Shown here piece after piece: positions 23,006-36,229 of a DNA stretch of 64,000 bases. This DNA is from an uncultured Planctomycetota bacterium (lineage in GTDB: Bacteria; Planctomycetota; Phycisphaerae; Tepidisphaerales; Tepidisphaeraceae). The stretch's first letter is position 1; every line of letters begins with the position of its first letter. Below the pieces are notes generated by a model. That model was not told the origin of the DNA, did no database searches, and was given only the letters and a program-made list of their open reading frames with translations. The DNA lies in NCBI GenBank assembly GCA_963841915.1, contig CAWJEN010000006.1, forward strand, positions 128,001-192,000. Direction: 5' to 3'. The translations under genes and the position numbers were made by a program.

Positions 23006-26000
23006 TCACAGCAAGTCGTCATCCCCTTCCGCTCCGTCCTTCTTCTCAAGCTGGATGTTCAAACCAAGGCCGCGGACCTCGTTGCAGAGGACGTCGAAGC
23101 TGACGGGCGTGCCGGCCTCGAGCGTGTTCTGGCCCTTCACCATCGATTCGTAAATCTTGGTGCGGCCCTCGACGTCGTCGGACTTGACCGTCAGGAGTTC
23201 CTGCAGGATGTAGGCGGCGCCGTAGGCTTCGAGGCCCCAGACCTCCATCTCGCCGAACCGCTGGCCGCCGGTGCGGGCCTTGCCGCCGAGCGGCTGCTGC
23301 GTGATGAGCGAGTACGGCCCGGTCGCGCGGGCGTGGATCTTGTCGTCGACAAGGTGGTGCAGCTTGAGCATGTACATGTAGCCGACCGTGGTCCGCTGCT
23401 CGAACGGCTCGCCGCTTCGGCCGTCGTAGAGCTGCACCTTGCCGCCGTACGGCATGGGGGCTGCCAACTCACGCGGGGTGAGGTGCTTGTCCTTACCGCC
23501 GCCGTGCTCGGCGAGACGGTTCTTCACAAGGTCATTTGCTGCGTCGACCGCTTCGAACACCTCAGCCTCGGTCGCACCGTCGAAGACGGGCGTGATGGCT
23601 TGCTGCCCCAGAACCTGCATCGCCCAGCCGAGGTGGGTTTCGAGAATCTGACCGACGTTCATGCGGCTGGGCACGCCCAGCGGGTTGAGCATGACGTCGA
23701 CCGGCGTGCCGTCCTCGAGGAACGGCATGTCCTCTTCCGGCACGATGCGGGCAATGACACCCTTGTTGCCGTGACGGCCGGCCATCTTGTCACCGACGCT
23801 GAGTGTCCGCTTGGTGGCGATGTAGACCTTGACCATTTCGAGCACGCCGCTGGGCAGTTCGTCGCCCCGCTTCATGTGCTCGGTCTTGCGGGTCTTTTCC
23901 TTGAGGACCGCCTGAACGCGTGGCCAGAACCGGCTGTAGGTGCCGACGGCTTCCTCACGCTTGGCCTTGTCACCCTTGATCCAGGCCGGATCGAACTCTT
24001 CGATCTGTTCGATGATGACCTCATCAATGTCGCTCTTGGCGACCTTCTGACGGGTGTTGGGGTCAACCATCTCGGCGCCCATGACCTCGTTGATCTCGTC
24101 GACCATCTCACGGAAGATCGCGATCGCCTTCTGGTCCATGTCGGCCTCGTAGGCCTCAATGTCCCGCTTGAGCTGACGCTTTTGCTCTTCCGTCTGGTTC
24201 ATCCGACGGCTGAACCGCTGGGCACCGATGACCACGCCTTCCTCGCCGGCGGGCATTTCGAGCGAGTCGTTCTTCACGTCCTCACCGGCCCGGCCGAAGA
24301 TGGCGTGGAGCAGCTTCTCTTCAGGCGTGAGTTCGGTCTTGCTCTTGGGGCTGATCTTGCCGACGAGGATGTCGCCTGCACCGACGCGGGTGCCGATGCG
24401 AACGACGCCAAACTCATCGAGCTGGCCGAGCGAACGCTCGCTGACATTGGGGATGTCGCGGGTGAACTCTTCCTTGCCAAGCTTGGTTTCGCGGATCTCG
24501 ACGCCGTATTCCTCGATGTGGATCGAGGTGAAGGTGTCGTCCTTCACAAGCCGCTCGTTGATGACGATGGCGTCCTCAAAATTATAACCGTCGAAGGTCA
24601 TGAACGCGACGAGCGCGTTCTTGCCCAGGGCGAGCTCGCCCCGCACGGTGCTGGCACCGTCGGCCAGAATCTGGCCCTTCTTAACCTTGTCGCCCTTGGC
24701 GACCAGAGGCCGCTGGTTCTGACACGTCTTGTCCGTCGTGCCCTTAAACTTGCGGAGCACGTACTCGTCGGCGTTGTCGATAAGAATCCGCTCAGCGTCG
24801 ATATAGGTCACGGTGCCAGGCCGCTCAGCCTTGACAACCATGCCGCTATTCATCGCGACGGACGTCTCCAGACCTGTGCCCACGCAAGGCGGATCGGCCC
24901 TAAGCAACGGCACAGCCTGCCGTTGCATGTTCGATCCCATGAGCGCACGGTTGGCGTCATCGTGCTCGAGGAACGGGATGAGGGCAGCCGAGACGGAGAC
25001 CGTCTGCTTCGGCGAAATGTCGACGTACTGAATGTCCTCGCCACCGATGGTCGAAAGGTCACCCTCGACGCGAGCCAGCTGCAGGTCGTCGGGCACCTTG
25101 TCGTCGCCGACCGCGACGACATCCGGCGGCGCCAGGATTGCCTTCATTTCTTCGTCGGCACGCAGGTACTTCACCTCGCCGTTGACCTTGCCGTCCTTGA
25201 CGACGCGGTAAGGCGTGATGAGGAAGCCATACTCGTCGATGTCTGCGTAGATCGACAGCGACGCGATAAGGCCGATGTTTGTACCTTCCGGCGTCTCGAT
25301 GGGGCAAATGCGGCCGTAGTGCGAGATGTGCACGTCACGCACCTCGAAGCCGGCCCGCTTGCGGTTGAGGCCGCCCGGACCAAGGGCCGACAGGCGACGC
25401 TCGTGGGTCAGCTGCGACAACGGGTTCGTCTGGTCAACGACCTGCGAAAGCTCGCCGCGGCCGAAGAAGAAGTCGATCGCGCTGCTGATGGCCTTGGAGT
25501 TGACGAGCTCGGCGACCTTGCCGAGTTCGGACGGATCCTTCAGGCTCATGCGCTCCTGGACGGTCCGCTTGAGCTTCAGGAAGCCCTTGCGAATTTCTTC
25601 CGTCGCCAGCTCGTCGATGAGGCGCAGTCGCCGGTTGCCGAGGTGATCGATGTCATCGATGTAACCCTTGCCGTCACGCAGGCCAAAGAGGTACTTCAGC
25701 GAGTTGAGGAAGTCCTCACTGCGAAGAACCATCTCGGTCTCAGGGACCGACTGCTCGAACTTACGGTTGACGCGGAAGCGACCGACGCGGCCGAGGCGGT
25801 ATCGGTTCTCGTCGAAGAACTTCTCTTTGAAGAGCGTGCGTGCCTTCTCCAGCTGCGGCGGGTTCCCCGGACGCAGGCGGCCGTAGATCTTGAGGATCGC
25901 CTCGTCGTGGTTGTCGGCAATGTCCTCGGCCAGCGTGTTGAGGATGAGCGGGTCAGTGACCTTCGTCACGACCGCAACCTTCTCCATGTCGCTGGCCTGC

Positions 26001-26788
26001 AGCTTTTCGACGTGCTCGCCGAGCTGGGCACCGGCCTTGAGCAGCTCCTCGCCGGTCTCGGCGTCAATGATGCTTTGGGCTGCGTAATACTCGGCCTTGA
26101 GGTCCTTGGGCTTGACGTGGGTGACGTCGTAGAACTCCTCAATGATCTTGCCGGTCTCGCCGAAGTTTTCGTCGAGGGCACGGATGAAGCTCGTCGCCGG
26201 GATCTTGGCCGACTGGTCGACGCGGACGACGAGGGCGTCCTTCTTCGTCACCGAGCACTCGATCCACGAACCGCGTTCCGGGATCACCCGGAAGCCGTGC
26301 AGCGGGCGGTCGCCTTCCTGCTCTTCGATGAGGAAGTCGATGCCGGGCGAACGGTGCAACTGGTTGACGATGACCCGCTCGGCACCGTTGACGATGAACT
26401 CACCGCCGCCGATCATGACCGGGATCTCACCGACGAAGATGTCGTCTTCGACCACATCCTCGACGTCCTTGCGAGTCAGTCGCACGCGGATGCGGAACGG
26501 CATGCCGTAGCTCAGGCGAAGGGCCCGGCACTCGTCGATGGTGTAACGCGGCTCGTTGAGGGCGTAGCTGACGAAGTCGAGCTTCGTGTTGCCGTCGTAG
26601 CTCTCAATTGGAAAGACCTCTTCGAGCAGCGCCTGCAGCCCGTGGCTCTCGCGTTCGTTGGGCGGGGTGTCCTGCTGTAGGAATCGCTTGTAAGCGTTTA
26701 TCTGAACCTTGATGAGGTTCGGGATCTCGATCGCGTCGCCGCGCTTGGCGAACGAATGGGGCTTGCGCTGAATAGTGGCGTTGGGCAT
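23006..26788 (-). CDS. rpoB: RNA polymerase beta subunit
   Basis: Motifs: [66 protein letters not shown] at 26788 (MPNATIQRK) chosen. Confidence 0.98.
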   Translation of the reverse strand: MPNATIQRKPHSFAKRGDAIEIPNLIKVQINAYKRFLQQDTPPNERESHGLQALLEEVFPIESYDGNTKLDFVSYALNEPRYTIDECRALRLSYGMPFRIRVRLTRKDVEDVVEDDIFVGEIPVMIGGGEFIVNGAERVIVNQLHRSPGIDFLIEEQEGDRPLHGFRVIPERGSWIECSVTKKDALVVRVDQSAKIPATSFIRALDENFGETGKIIEEFYDVTHVKPKDLKAEYYAAQSIIDAETGEELLKAGAQLGEHVEKLQASDMEKVAVVTKVTDPLILNTLAEDIADNHDEAILKIYGRLRPGNPPQLEKARTLFKEKFFDENRYRLGRVGRFRVNRKFEQSVPETEMVLRSEDFLNSLKYLFGLRDGKGYIDDIDHLGNRRLRLIDELATEEIRKGFLKLKRTVQERMSLKDPSELGKVAELVNSKAISSAIDFFFGRGELSQVVDQTNPLSQLTHERRLSALGPGGLNRKRAGFEVRDVHISHYGRICPIETPEGTNIGLIASLSIYADIDEYGFLITPYRVVKDGKVNGEVKYLRADEEMKAILAPPDVVAVGDDKVPDDLQLARVEGDLSTIGGEDIQYVDISPKQTVSVSAALIPFLEHDDANRALMGSNMQRQAVPLLRADPPCVGTGLETSVAMNSGMVVKAERPGTVTYIDAERILIDNADEYVLRKFKGTTDKTCQNQRPLVAKGDKVKKGQILADGASTVRGELALGKNALVAFMTFDGYNFEDAIVINERLVKDDTFTSIHIEEYGVEIRETKLGKEEFTRDIPNVSERSLGQLDEFGVVRIGTRVGAGDILVGKISPKSKTELTPEEKLLHAIFGRAGEDVKNDSLEMPAGEEGVVIGAQRFSRRMNQTEEQKRQLKRDIEAYEADMDQKAIAIFREMVDEINEVMGAEMVDPNTRQKVAKSDIDEVIIEQIEEFDPAWIKGDKAKREEAVGTYSRFWPRVQAVLKEKTRKTEHMKRGDELPSGVLEMVKVYIATKRTLSVGDKMAGRHGNKGVIARIVPEEDMPFLEDGTPVDVMLNPLGVPSRMNVGQILETHLGWAMQVLGQQAITPVFDGATEAEVFEAVDAANDLVKNRLAEHGGGKDKHLTPRELAAPMPYGGKVQLYDGRSGEPFEQRTTVGYMYMLKLHHLVDDKIHARATGPYSLITQQPLGGKARTGGQRFGEMEVWGLEAYGAAYILQELLTVKSDDVEGRTKIYESMVKGQNTLEAGTPVSFDVLCNEVRGLGLNIQLEKKDGAEGDDDLL

Positions 26789-27131
26789 GGCAAGTCGCCT
26801 AGGCGAGGAAGTCGCGTTGGCGTTGAAAGGCAGGTCTGGCAGATCGGGACGATCAGTCGAGTAGCGGGCGGCGGGCTCATCCCCCAGGGGCGGCGGTGCC
26901 GACAAACGGTCAGGCGGATCAAAATCCGCGAAACGGCTCGGCACCTACAGGTGCGGCCGCGGGTGGGCCTTGTCCGGCACGCCCTCCCCTCGTGTCGCTC
27001 CGTCAGTTCGGCAGCAGTTTCACACGGCCGACCGGCAGACGAAGATGCGGCAGCGTCAAGCCGCGGCCGGCTCGATGCTGTCGCTCGATGGGAGGATGGA
27101 TTAGGTGCGCCTCGGCAAAGGTGGCAACGGC

Positions 27132-27160
27132 AGGCTAGGCACGCAATTTGTAACGGTCAA
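27132..27160 (-). promoter_or_regulatory. Candidate sigma70 promoter for rpoBC
   Basis: Minus strand TTGACC-17 nt-TAGCCT, located just past the rplL terminator. Confidence 0.5.
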
Positions 27161-27188
27161 ACTTTCCTCCCGTTCCGACTTGACAATC

Positions 27189-27227
27189 AAGAAGACACCC
27201 AGCCGCATAGCGGCTGGGTGTCTTCTT
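27189..27227 (-). terminator. Rho-independent terminator after rplL
   Basis: 18-bp perfect stem AAGAAGACACCCAGCCGC-ATA-GCGGCTGGGTGTCTTCTT. Confidence 0.85.
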
Positions 27228-27258
27228 ATCGGTCAGCAGAAGCCGAGGAAAGCCAAAC

Positions 27259-27675
27259 TCACTTGAGCGTGATCTTGGCACCAACCTCTTCGAGCTCCTT
27301 CTTCATCTTTTCGGCCTCTTCCTTGTCGACGCCTTCCTTGATCGGCTTGGGCGCACCTTCAACGAGGTCCTTGGCTTCCTTCAGGCCCAGACCCGTGATC
27401 GGGCGGATGGCCTTGATGACGGCCATCTTCGCATCGCCGAACGATTCGAGGATGACATCGAAGCTACTCTGCTCCTCGGCCTCTTCGGCAGCACCACCGG
27501 CGGCGGGGCCGGCCATCATGACGCCGCCACCGGCGGCAGGCTCAATGCCGTACTCGGCCTTGAGGTAGTCTTTCAGGTCGACCGCCTCCTTGAGGGTCAG
27601 GCCAGCGAGCTTCTCGGCAACGCTCTTGAGGTCGTCGCTCAGGCTCGGGGCGGCTGGGGCTTCTGTGTCGCTCAT
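27259..27675 (-). CDS. rplL: 50S ribosomal protein L7/L12
   Basis: [34 protein letters not shown]. Confidence 0.98.
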   Translation of the reverse strand: MSDTEAPAAPSLSDDLKSVAEKLAGLTLKEAVDLKDYLKAEYGIEPAAGGGVMMAGPAAGGAAEEAEEQSSFDVILESFGDAKMAVIKAIRPITGLGLKEAKDLVEGAPKPIKEGVDKEEAEKMKKELEEVGAKITLK

Positions 27676-27811
27676 AATTCAGTCTTTCTGGCCCGTGACG
27701 TGGGCGATCCGTGTCGAACTGCGGTGCGAAAGAGGTGGCGACACAGCGTCGCCAATTACTCCCAGACGGGCCAGTCCCGCATCACGCTGTAAACTTGTTG
27801 AGGCAGACCGC

Positions 27812-28366
27812 TCAGGCGGCCTCGCCCTGCTTCTCTTCGATCGCCTTGAGGATCGAGGCAATGTTGGCACCCGGACCCTGCAGGGCACCGGCCAGGTTTG
27901 CACCCGGGCCAAGGATGCAGCCGACGAGGTCGGAGATGGCCTCTTCACGAGTCGGGAACTTGCTGACGCGCGTCACGCCATCTTCGCCGTGATAGACTTC
28001 GCCGTCGAAGAAGACACCGCGAAGTTCCAAGCCTTCGAACGCCTTGTCTTTCTTCGTGTCAACGAGAGCTCGGCAGACGGTGCTGATCGCAGCCGGCTCG
28101 CCGCTGTCGACGGACTCGCCATAAACGAGGGCGCTGGGGCCGTCGAGCAGCGTCTCAAAGCCGTCGATGGTCGAGCCGTCACTGGCACGACGTGCCAGGG
28201 TGTTCTTGACGACGGTGATCTTCACGCCCTTCTCAGCCAGGGCGCGACGCATCTTGTTCGTGTTGATGGCGTCGATGCCGCGCGGGTTAATTACGGCAAC
28301 GGCATCGACATGGCCGAAACGGCGGCCGTAGTCCTTCTCGATCAGGTTCTTAACACGCTTGCTCAT
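27812..28366 (-). CDS. rplJ: 50S ribosomal protein L10
   Basis: VVKNTLARRA, LDGPSALV, SKFPTREE; canonical position between rplA and rplL. Confidence 0.95.
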   Translation of the reverse strand: MSKRVKNLIEKDYGRRFGHVDAVAVINPRGIDAINTNKMRRALAEKGVKITVVKNTLARRASDGSTIDGFETLLDGPSALVYGESVDSGEPAAISTVCRALVDTKKDKAFEGLELRGVFFDGEVYHGEDGVTRVSKFPTREEAISDLVGCILGPGANLAGALQGPGANIASILKAIEEKQGEAA

Positions 28367-28429
28367 CGGTGGTCTCGGTCAGTGGGGTGGGCAGGATAGG
28401 CAGGGAAAGCGAGTACGGTCGATCAGTGG

Positions 28430-29164
28430 CTACTCGGCCACCTTTTCGCCGGCGTACTCGATCTCAACGCCCGGCGTCATCGTGCCCTTGAGCGTGATCT
28501 TCTTGATGTAATTGTGCTTGATGACATCAGGCCGGACGCTCTTGACCTTTTCGAGCATCGCTTCGGCATTCTCCTTGAGCTGAGCGTTGTCAAAGCTCAC
28601 CTTGCCGATGACGGTGTGAAGGTTTGCACCCTTGTCAGTGCGGAACTCCTGCTTACCGGCAGCATATTCCTTGACAGCTTCCTCAGCCTTAGGCGTTACG
28701 GTGCCGGCCTTGGGAGCGGGCATCAGACCCTTCGGGCCGAGCATCTTGCCGAGCTTGCCGACAAAACGCATCATGTCAGGCGTCGCAATGGCGACGTCGA
28801 AGTCCGTGAAGTTGGCGTTCTCGATTTCGGTGACCATGTCCTCGCCACCGGCCATCATCGCTCCGGCTTCCAAGCAGGCCTGAGCCCGTGAGGGGTCGAC
28901 GAAACAGACGACTCGCTTCGTCTTGCCGATGCCGTGCGGCAACGCGACGCTGGAGCGAATCTGCTGATCAGCGTGCGTGGGATCGACGCCCAACCAGAAG
29001 GTCATTTCGACGGTCTGATCGAACTTGGGTTGATCAAAGCCCTTGACGAGCGAGATGGCTGCATCGAGAGAGACGGCCTTGTCAGGCGCCATCTTCTGAG
29101 CCTTCTCAAATCGCTTGCCCTGCTTAGGGGCCTTCTTCTTGACGGGTTGTGTTTCTTTGGCCAT
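28430..29164 (-). CDS. rplA: 50S ribosomal protein L1
   Basis: [36 protein letters not shown]. Confidence 0.97.
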   Translation of the reverse strand: MAKETQPVKKKAPKQGKRFEKAQKMAPDKAVSLDAAISLVKGFDQPKFDQTVEMTFWLGVDPTHADQQIRSSVALPHGIGKTKRVVCFVDPSRAQACLEAGAMMAGGEDMVTEIENANFTDFDVAIATPDMMRFVGKLGKMLGPKGLMPAPKAGTVTPKAEEAVKEYAAGKQEFRTDKGANLHTVIGKVSFDNAQLKENAEAMLEKVKSVRPDVIKHNYIKKITLKGTMTPGVEIEYAGEKVAE

Positions 29165-29165
29165 G

Positions 29166-29190
29166 GTGGATCGCTGGTGTGAGCTTCCAC
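29166..29190 (-). promoter_or_regulatory. Candidate L1-binding autoregulatory hairpin directly before rplA
   Basis: mRNA GUGGAAGCU-CACACC-AGCGAUCCAC: GUGG/CCAC outer stem, asymmetric internal loop and GCU/AGC inner stem, abutting the start codon. Confidence 0.4.
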
Positions 29191-29261
29191 TGCTTATTTC
29201 GCCCCGTGGTCAGGACGCCACCCGACCTGCGGGCGGTGGTTCATTTAACGGGAATGGAAGT

Positions 29262-29687
29262 TCAGGCTTTGACTTCGACGCCCATCGAGCGGGCGGTGCC
29301 GGCAATCTGCATCGCACCCTTCTCGAGGTCGAAAGCGTTGAGGTCTTCGACCTTTTCCTGGGCAATGTCGCGGCACTGCTGCATCGTGATGCTGCCGGCA
29401 GTGGTCTTGCCCGCGGTGCCGCTACCGGCCTTGATGCCGGCAGCCTTCTTGATCAGGGCCGACGCAGGGCCACTCTTGATCTCGAAGGTGAACGAACGGT
29501 CCTTGTACGTCGTGATGACGACGGCGACCTGCTCACCTCGCTTGTCCTGCGTCGCAGCATTGAACTGCGTAATGAACTGGCCCGGGTTCACACCATACTG
29601 GCCCAGAGCGGGGCCGATAGGCGGTGCGGGGGTTGCCGTACCGCCGGGGGCGAGGAGCTTGAACTGGTTGGTGACTTCCTTGGCCAT
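29262..29687 (-). CDS. rplK: 50S ribosomal protein L11
   Basis: ATPAPPIGPALGQYGVN, IAGTARSMG. Confidence 0.98.
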   Translation of the reverse strand: MAKEVTNQFKLLAPGGTATPAPPIGPALGQYGVNPGQFITQFNAATQDKRGEQVAVVITTYKDRSFTFEIKSGPASALIKKAAGIKAGSGTAGKTTAGSITMQQCRDIAQEKVEDLNAFDLEKGAMQIAGTARSMGVEVKA

Positions 29688-29690
29688 CGG

Positions 29691-30017
29691 TCAGACGTGA
29701 GGTTCAGAGGTGGTTTCGGGACCGACGACGGTCGCTTGCACGCGACGGGTCGGCGGTCGATTCAGCGGGGGACTTGCCGTTCTTGAAGGTCCAGCCGTCA
29801 GGCTCCGTAGGAGCGAGTAGGCCGGCACCGTCAGGACGAGCAGGGCCGCCACACTAGCCGCGAGGACGACGAGGGACAATGCGACAAGCACGATTCCCGG
29901 TACCGCCAGGATCATAACGGTCAGACGAGCCCACGAAGGCAGGCCTGTTAAAGCCGTCAGCGCGTCTCCCCGGACGCCGCCGACACCGTTCTGTGCGTAG
30001 TAGGCAAATCGCGTCAC
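29691..30017 (-). CDS. Hypothetical membrane protein between nusG and rplK
   Basis: 108 aa with a ~40-aa hydrophobic segment; fills the gap almost exactly (6 nt after nusG, 3 nt before rplK). Confidence 0.7.
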   Translation of the reverse strand: MTRFAYYAQNGVGGVRGDALTALTGLPSWARLTVMILAVPGIVLVALSLVVLAASVAALLVLTVPAYSLLRSLTAGPSRTASPPLNRPPTRRVQATVVGPETTSEPHV

Positions 30018-30023
30018 GGCGAA

Positions 30024-30650
30024 CTAGAGCTTCTCGATCTCCTCATAAGCCACTTCGAGCGGCGTCGGGCGGCCGAAGATCGTCGTGATAATGCGAACCT
30101 GCCCCTTCTCGACAAGCACTTCATCGACGTCGCCCTCAAAGCCCTCGAAAGCGCCGACGATGACCTTGATCTTGTCACCTTTGGCGTAGTCGGTCTTGAG
30201 TTCGGGCTCGTCCTTCTTCTCGCTCTCGCCGATCATGCGTTGGGCTTCGTCGCGACCCATCGGGTGCGGCTTGCCACTGGCCTGGATGAAGTCACCGACG
30301 CCCTCGGTTTCTTTGACCATGAACCACACCTCTTGCGGGATGCGGCCGTGCTCGTCAGGCTCGATTTCGATGAAGACGTAGCCGGGGTAGAGCTTGAGAT
30401 CGACAAACGTGCGCTTGCCGTTCTTGACTTGCATGGTCTTCTTGACCGGCACAAGGACGCGGTCGATCCGACCTTCAAGACCTTCAATGCGGGCCTTGCG
30501 GACGAGCGCGTCACGGACGCGGTCTTCCTTGTTCGAAGCGACACGGAGCGTGAAGAGACGCATGTTGTCCTTCACCGGCCGCGTCTGGTCGTTGCGGTCG
30601 TCCATACCAAGATCTGTGGCGGCGGGGGAAGTCTGCGTGTCCGTATCCAT
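30024..30650 (-). CDS. nusG: Transcription termination/antitermination factor NusG
   Basis: LYPGYVFIE, ETEGVGDF, KOW motif GAFEGFEG, IFGRPTPLE. Confidence 0.96.
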   Translation of the reverse strand: MDTDTQTSPAATDLGMDDRNDQTRPVKDNMRLFTLRVASNKEDRVRDALVRKARIEGLEGRIDRVLVPVKKTMQVKNGKRTFVDLKLYPGYVFIEIEPDEHGRIPQEVWFMVKETEGVGDFIQASGKPHPMGRDEAQRMIGESEKKDEPELKTDYAKGDKIKVIVGAFEGFEGDVDEVLVEKGQVRIITTIFGRPTPLEVAYEEIEKL

Positions 30651-30707
30651 GAGGTAGTTGTACGCGCGGAAAGGCGGCGAGGTCGCATCTCAAGCTGAGG
30701 AGAATCC

Positions 30708-31175
30708 TCAGGAGACGAAGAACGGCTCGATCTTGAGCACGTCGATCAGCCACATGCCGGTGCCGAAAATGATGTCGTAGGCGAAAAGCAGGCCGGCCAT
30801 CAGGAACATGAAGCCGATGACGACCTTCGTGCTGCCGATGAGCTCGCGCCAGGTGGGCCAGTTGACCTTCTTCATCTCACCGTCGGTGTTGATGAGAAAG
30901 TCGGCGTGCTTTGGGCGGTTGATGAGCCACCATGCGACGAGCGCCAGCACGATCGCGATGCCACCGACCACGGCGAAAAGCATCCACTCGTCGCGCGACA
31001 GGCCGGTGACAAGCGGCAGGCGGCGGTAGATGAACTGGACCGTGAACAGAATGACGAGGCCGGCACCGATGCCGGTGCCGAGTCGGGTCCAAAACCCTTG
31101 GCCGGGCTTGTGGGGCTTGAGGAAGCCGCCCTGCTCGTCGCGGGCGTCAGGCTTGGCTGTGGTTGCGGTGGCCAT
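30708..31175 (-). CDS. secE: Preprotein translocase SecE (3-TM type)
   Basis: DFLINTDGEMKKVNWPT motif followed by a TM helix; sits between tRNA-Trp and nusG. Confidence 0.93.
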   Translation of the reverse strand: MATATTAKPDARDEQGGFLKPHKPGQGFWTRLGTGIGAGLVILFTVQFIYRRLPLVTGLSRDEWMLFAVVGGIAIVLALVAWWLINRPKHADFLINTDGEMKKVNWPTWRELIGSTKVVIGFMFLMAGLLFAYDIIFGTGMWLIDVLKIEPFFVS

Positions 31176-31255
31176 AGTGGCGGGCGGAAAAGCTGTCTGT
31201 GAAAAAGGGTCGCCGATCCGTGTCGATCAGCGACCCCGAAGCCGTTGTTACTCAG

Positions 31256-31328
31256 CACGCCAGCAAGGACTCGAACCTTGAACCTGCGAATTTGGAAGCC
31301 GCTGCTCTGCCAATTGAGCTACTGACGC
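31256..31328 (-). tRNA. tRNA-Trp (CCA), no encoded 3' CCA
   Basis: GCGTCAG TA GCTC AATTGGCA GAGC A GCGGC TTCCAAA TTCGC AGGTT CAAGG TTCGAGT CCTTG CTGGCGT G; canonical position before secE. Confidence 0.93.
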
Positions 31329-31418
31329 GTTGTGCTTGAAACCAAAGCTAAGGAGCAAGAGAGGATAACCGACAGGACGCATTGCGTACACGGCCGGCCG
31401 ACGCCTGACTCTAAAGCC

Positions 31419-31589
31419 CTACTTGCGCTTGACCTTGTGGACCGTGTGCTTACGCAGACGGGGACTGTACTTCTTGAGCTCCAGGTTCCGCTGCTCGCTT
31501 TGACCGGCGACGCGGATGTTGGTGCGGTAGTTGAGATCCTTGGTCTCCGTGCACTGGAGCCAGACCATTTCGCGTGCTTCCTTAGCCAT
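31419..31589 (-). CDS. rpmG: 50S ribosomal protein L33
   Basis: MAKEAREMVWLQCTETKDLNYRT...LELKKYSPRLRKHTVHK; only one Cys (non-zinc-ribbon type). Confidence 0.95.
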   Translation of the reverse strand: MAKEAREMVWLQCTETKDLNYRTNIRVAGQSEQRNLELKKYSPRLRKHTVHKVKRK

Positions 31590-31697
31590 CTTGCTGTTCC
31601 TCTGCGTCTGAGGCCCCATGAGCCTCTGGTGGGTAAAGCCGGCCGCGGGCGTTTCCGCACGCGGCCGGGGATGATTATAGCCGGGACGACAAAGACT

Positions 31698-32891
<1,194 letters not shown>

Positions 32892-33108
32892 GGCCGGGTG
32901 CCTCCAAAAAGGCGTTTCTGTGTGTGAGGTGAAGTGCGGTTGCCGATACCGGCAGAGGCCGGTGAGGCAGTCGTATCTGGTCTGGGTAGCCGCGTCACGC
33001 GTTGTGACGGGCCGCAGTTATAGGCGTCCCGAACGCCACGCGATGAGATCGTGCGACGAAGCAGAGTCAGGCCACCCGTTCGGGCGGTCCAAACGCCTGC
33101 AAAGGCGA

Positions 33109-33180
33109 AGCTCGCGGAGGGGGTTGAACCCTCGACCTCGTCCTTACCAAGGACGCGCTCTGCCACTGAGCTACGCGAGC
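33109..33180 (-). tRNA. tRNA-Thr (GGT), no encoded 3' CCA
   Basis: GCTCGCG TA GCTC AGTGGCA GAGC G CGTCC TTGGTAA GGACG AGGTC GAGGG TTCAACC CCCTC CGCGAGC T. Confidence 0.96.
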
Positions 33181-33569
33181 CAGCGTCGCCAAGTTCTGAC
33201 CGTCAGGCCAAAGCTGGCAACATAAGCCGATGCGAAGACGTCCCGGTGATCGCACCAGGACGCCGCGGGCCGGCCAGTGTAGCGGGCCGCTCCGTCTCGT
33301 CAACGCGGGCCCGGCGCTTCTGCGGCTGTCGGTCCATTCTCCCCCACACGCTGCCCCATCAGGTGTGGCGGCACATCATTCTGAGCCGGCACCCAAACGT
33401 CGACCGACGGCAAGTGTCACGCGCGGACCCTGCCCACGACGCTGCTGACGTCGTATTGGCGTATGACCTTTCCCCTTCTGTTCGACCATCAGGCCAATGT
33501 GCTCGGCGGCTTGGACTTGGTCGGTCCGATGGTCGATCAAAGTCCTGCCGCTACCGCTACGCGTCGTTG

Positions 33570-34510
33570 ATGAATCCACCCGATGTCTCCATCCTGATTT
33601 GCACCCGTGATCGGGCGGAGAGTCTTCGTCAGACCGTCGCCGCCATCGCCGAGGCCGTTACCGCTGCGAAGGGCATTACGTGCGAACTCGTTGTCGTCGA
33701 TGACGGCTCTGAGGATGCCGAAGCCGTTCGAAGTGCGGTTGCCGAAGGTGGCGGTACGGCGCGTTACGTGCGTGGCGAGGGTCGTGGCCTGAGCCTTGCC
33801 CGTGACTTAGCCCTCGCCGAGGCGACAGGTGTCGTCGCTTTGTTCACCGATGACGACGTTCGACCGCGGGACGGCTGGATCGAGAAGATGGCCCGCCCGA
33901 TTCTCGACGGCGCCGACGCGGTGGCCGGTGCCGTTGTCATCGCGCCCGACCTCGAGCGCGACTGGCTCTCGCCCGACGTCCGCATGCTGATGGCCGCGAC
34001 GGACTCGCTCGACTTCCACGACGTCAGCGGCCTCGTCGGCGCGAACATGGCCGTCCGACGTAGCGTCGCCCTGGAGATCGGCTTCGACGAAGAACTCGGG
34101 GCAGGCCGCCTGGCGCAGGGGAAGAGACGCTCTTCTACGCCCAGCTTCGTCATCGGGGGCATGACATTGTCGGTGCCCCTGACGCTGTCGTGGTCCACCA
34201 TTTCGACCCGTCACGGCTGGACCGAGAGGTCCTGCTCAAGCGTGCCCGCATCGCCGGCAAGACATGGGCGTGGTTCAACCATCACGTCCTGCACCAGCCT
34301 CTCCGGCCGACCGTCGCCGGCAGCCTTCGAATGAAGGTGCGGCTGTCATGGATGCACTTGGCCGCACGGTTGGCGGGTCGACATGATCGCGTCACGCCCG
34401 GAGAGCTTCGGCTTTGCAGCGAGGCCGGCTGGATTGATGAGGCCAAGCGGCTTAAGGGAACGCCGCGTCGCTACGCGACGCCGATCAAGCTGCCGAGCGC
34501 AACACGCTGA
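33570..34510 (+). CDS. Glycosyltransferase family 2 (one base missing near 34112)
   Basis: VSILICTRDR, VVVDDGS, GLSLARD, FTDDD, GANMAVRR. Adding one G (CTG GGC GCA) gives LGAGEETLFYAQL...VVHHFDPSRL, joining ORF 34190..34510. Confidence 0.85.
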
Positions 34511-34519
34511 CACGCCCGC

Positions 34520-35087
34520 CTAGCCGCCCGACTGCCAAATGCGGATCGCGTCGATCGGCCACAACAGCATCAGGATGTTCAGCGAGAGGTTGTCACGAAT
34601 GGCGACGACCATCAGCAGCTCGAACATGATGAATACAACAATCGACCACCGCCAGCCGATCGATCTGGCGACGGCGAAGCCGATGACGCAGAACAGCAAG
34701 TCGCCGGCCGCGTTCACCAGCGAGTCGCCCGTGTACCCATTGGCCGCCGTCGCCTCGCGATAGCGGTCAATGACGATCGGCGAATTCTCGAAGATCTCCC
34801 ACACCGCCTCCACCGCCAGGCTGACCACCAGCCGCCACCGCACCGCCAGCTTCGGAAACGACACCGTCAGGATCGAGTAGAAGACGAGCCCGTGCAGGAA
34901 GTGCGAGAAGCTGTACCAGTCGATGAGATGCTGCGAGTTGTGCATCGAAGCGACCTCGCCAGCAAAAAGCGTCGGCGTGCCGCACGCGCAGTACCACACA
35001 CGTCCCAGCAGACGCATCGCCACGCCCACGATCAGCGCAATTGCCACCGCCGACGCCACCGCCAGCCACGAACTCAGGTTTTGCGGC

Positions 35088-35107
<20 letters not shown>
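34520..35107 (-). CDS. DUF2585/UPF0314-family membrane protein
   Basis: [56 protein letters not shown]. Confidence 0.88.
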
Positions 35108-36152
<1,045 letters not shown>

Positions 36153-36229
36153 GGTGCGGCTTATCATGCCGCCACCGTCCGGCTTCGCCAACCCCAGAGT
36201 CTTCCTAGCGCAGCCCGCGCCGCCACCGC

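Noticed and set aside
31256..31328. UGA-to-Trp genetic code
   Set aside because: The anticodon is CCA, and conserved genes (rpoB, rpoC, rplL, rplK) end at TGA at the expected positions.
33051..34510. GT2 as a true pseudogene, or with a 173-aa N-terminal extension
   Set aside because: A single missing G in a G-run restores the frame; the extension overlaps tRNA-Thr.
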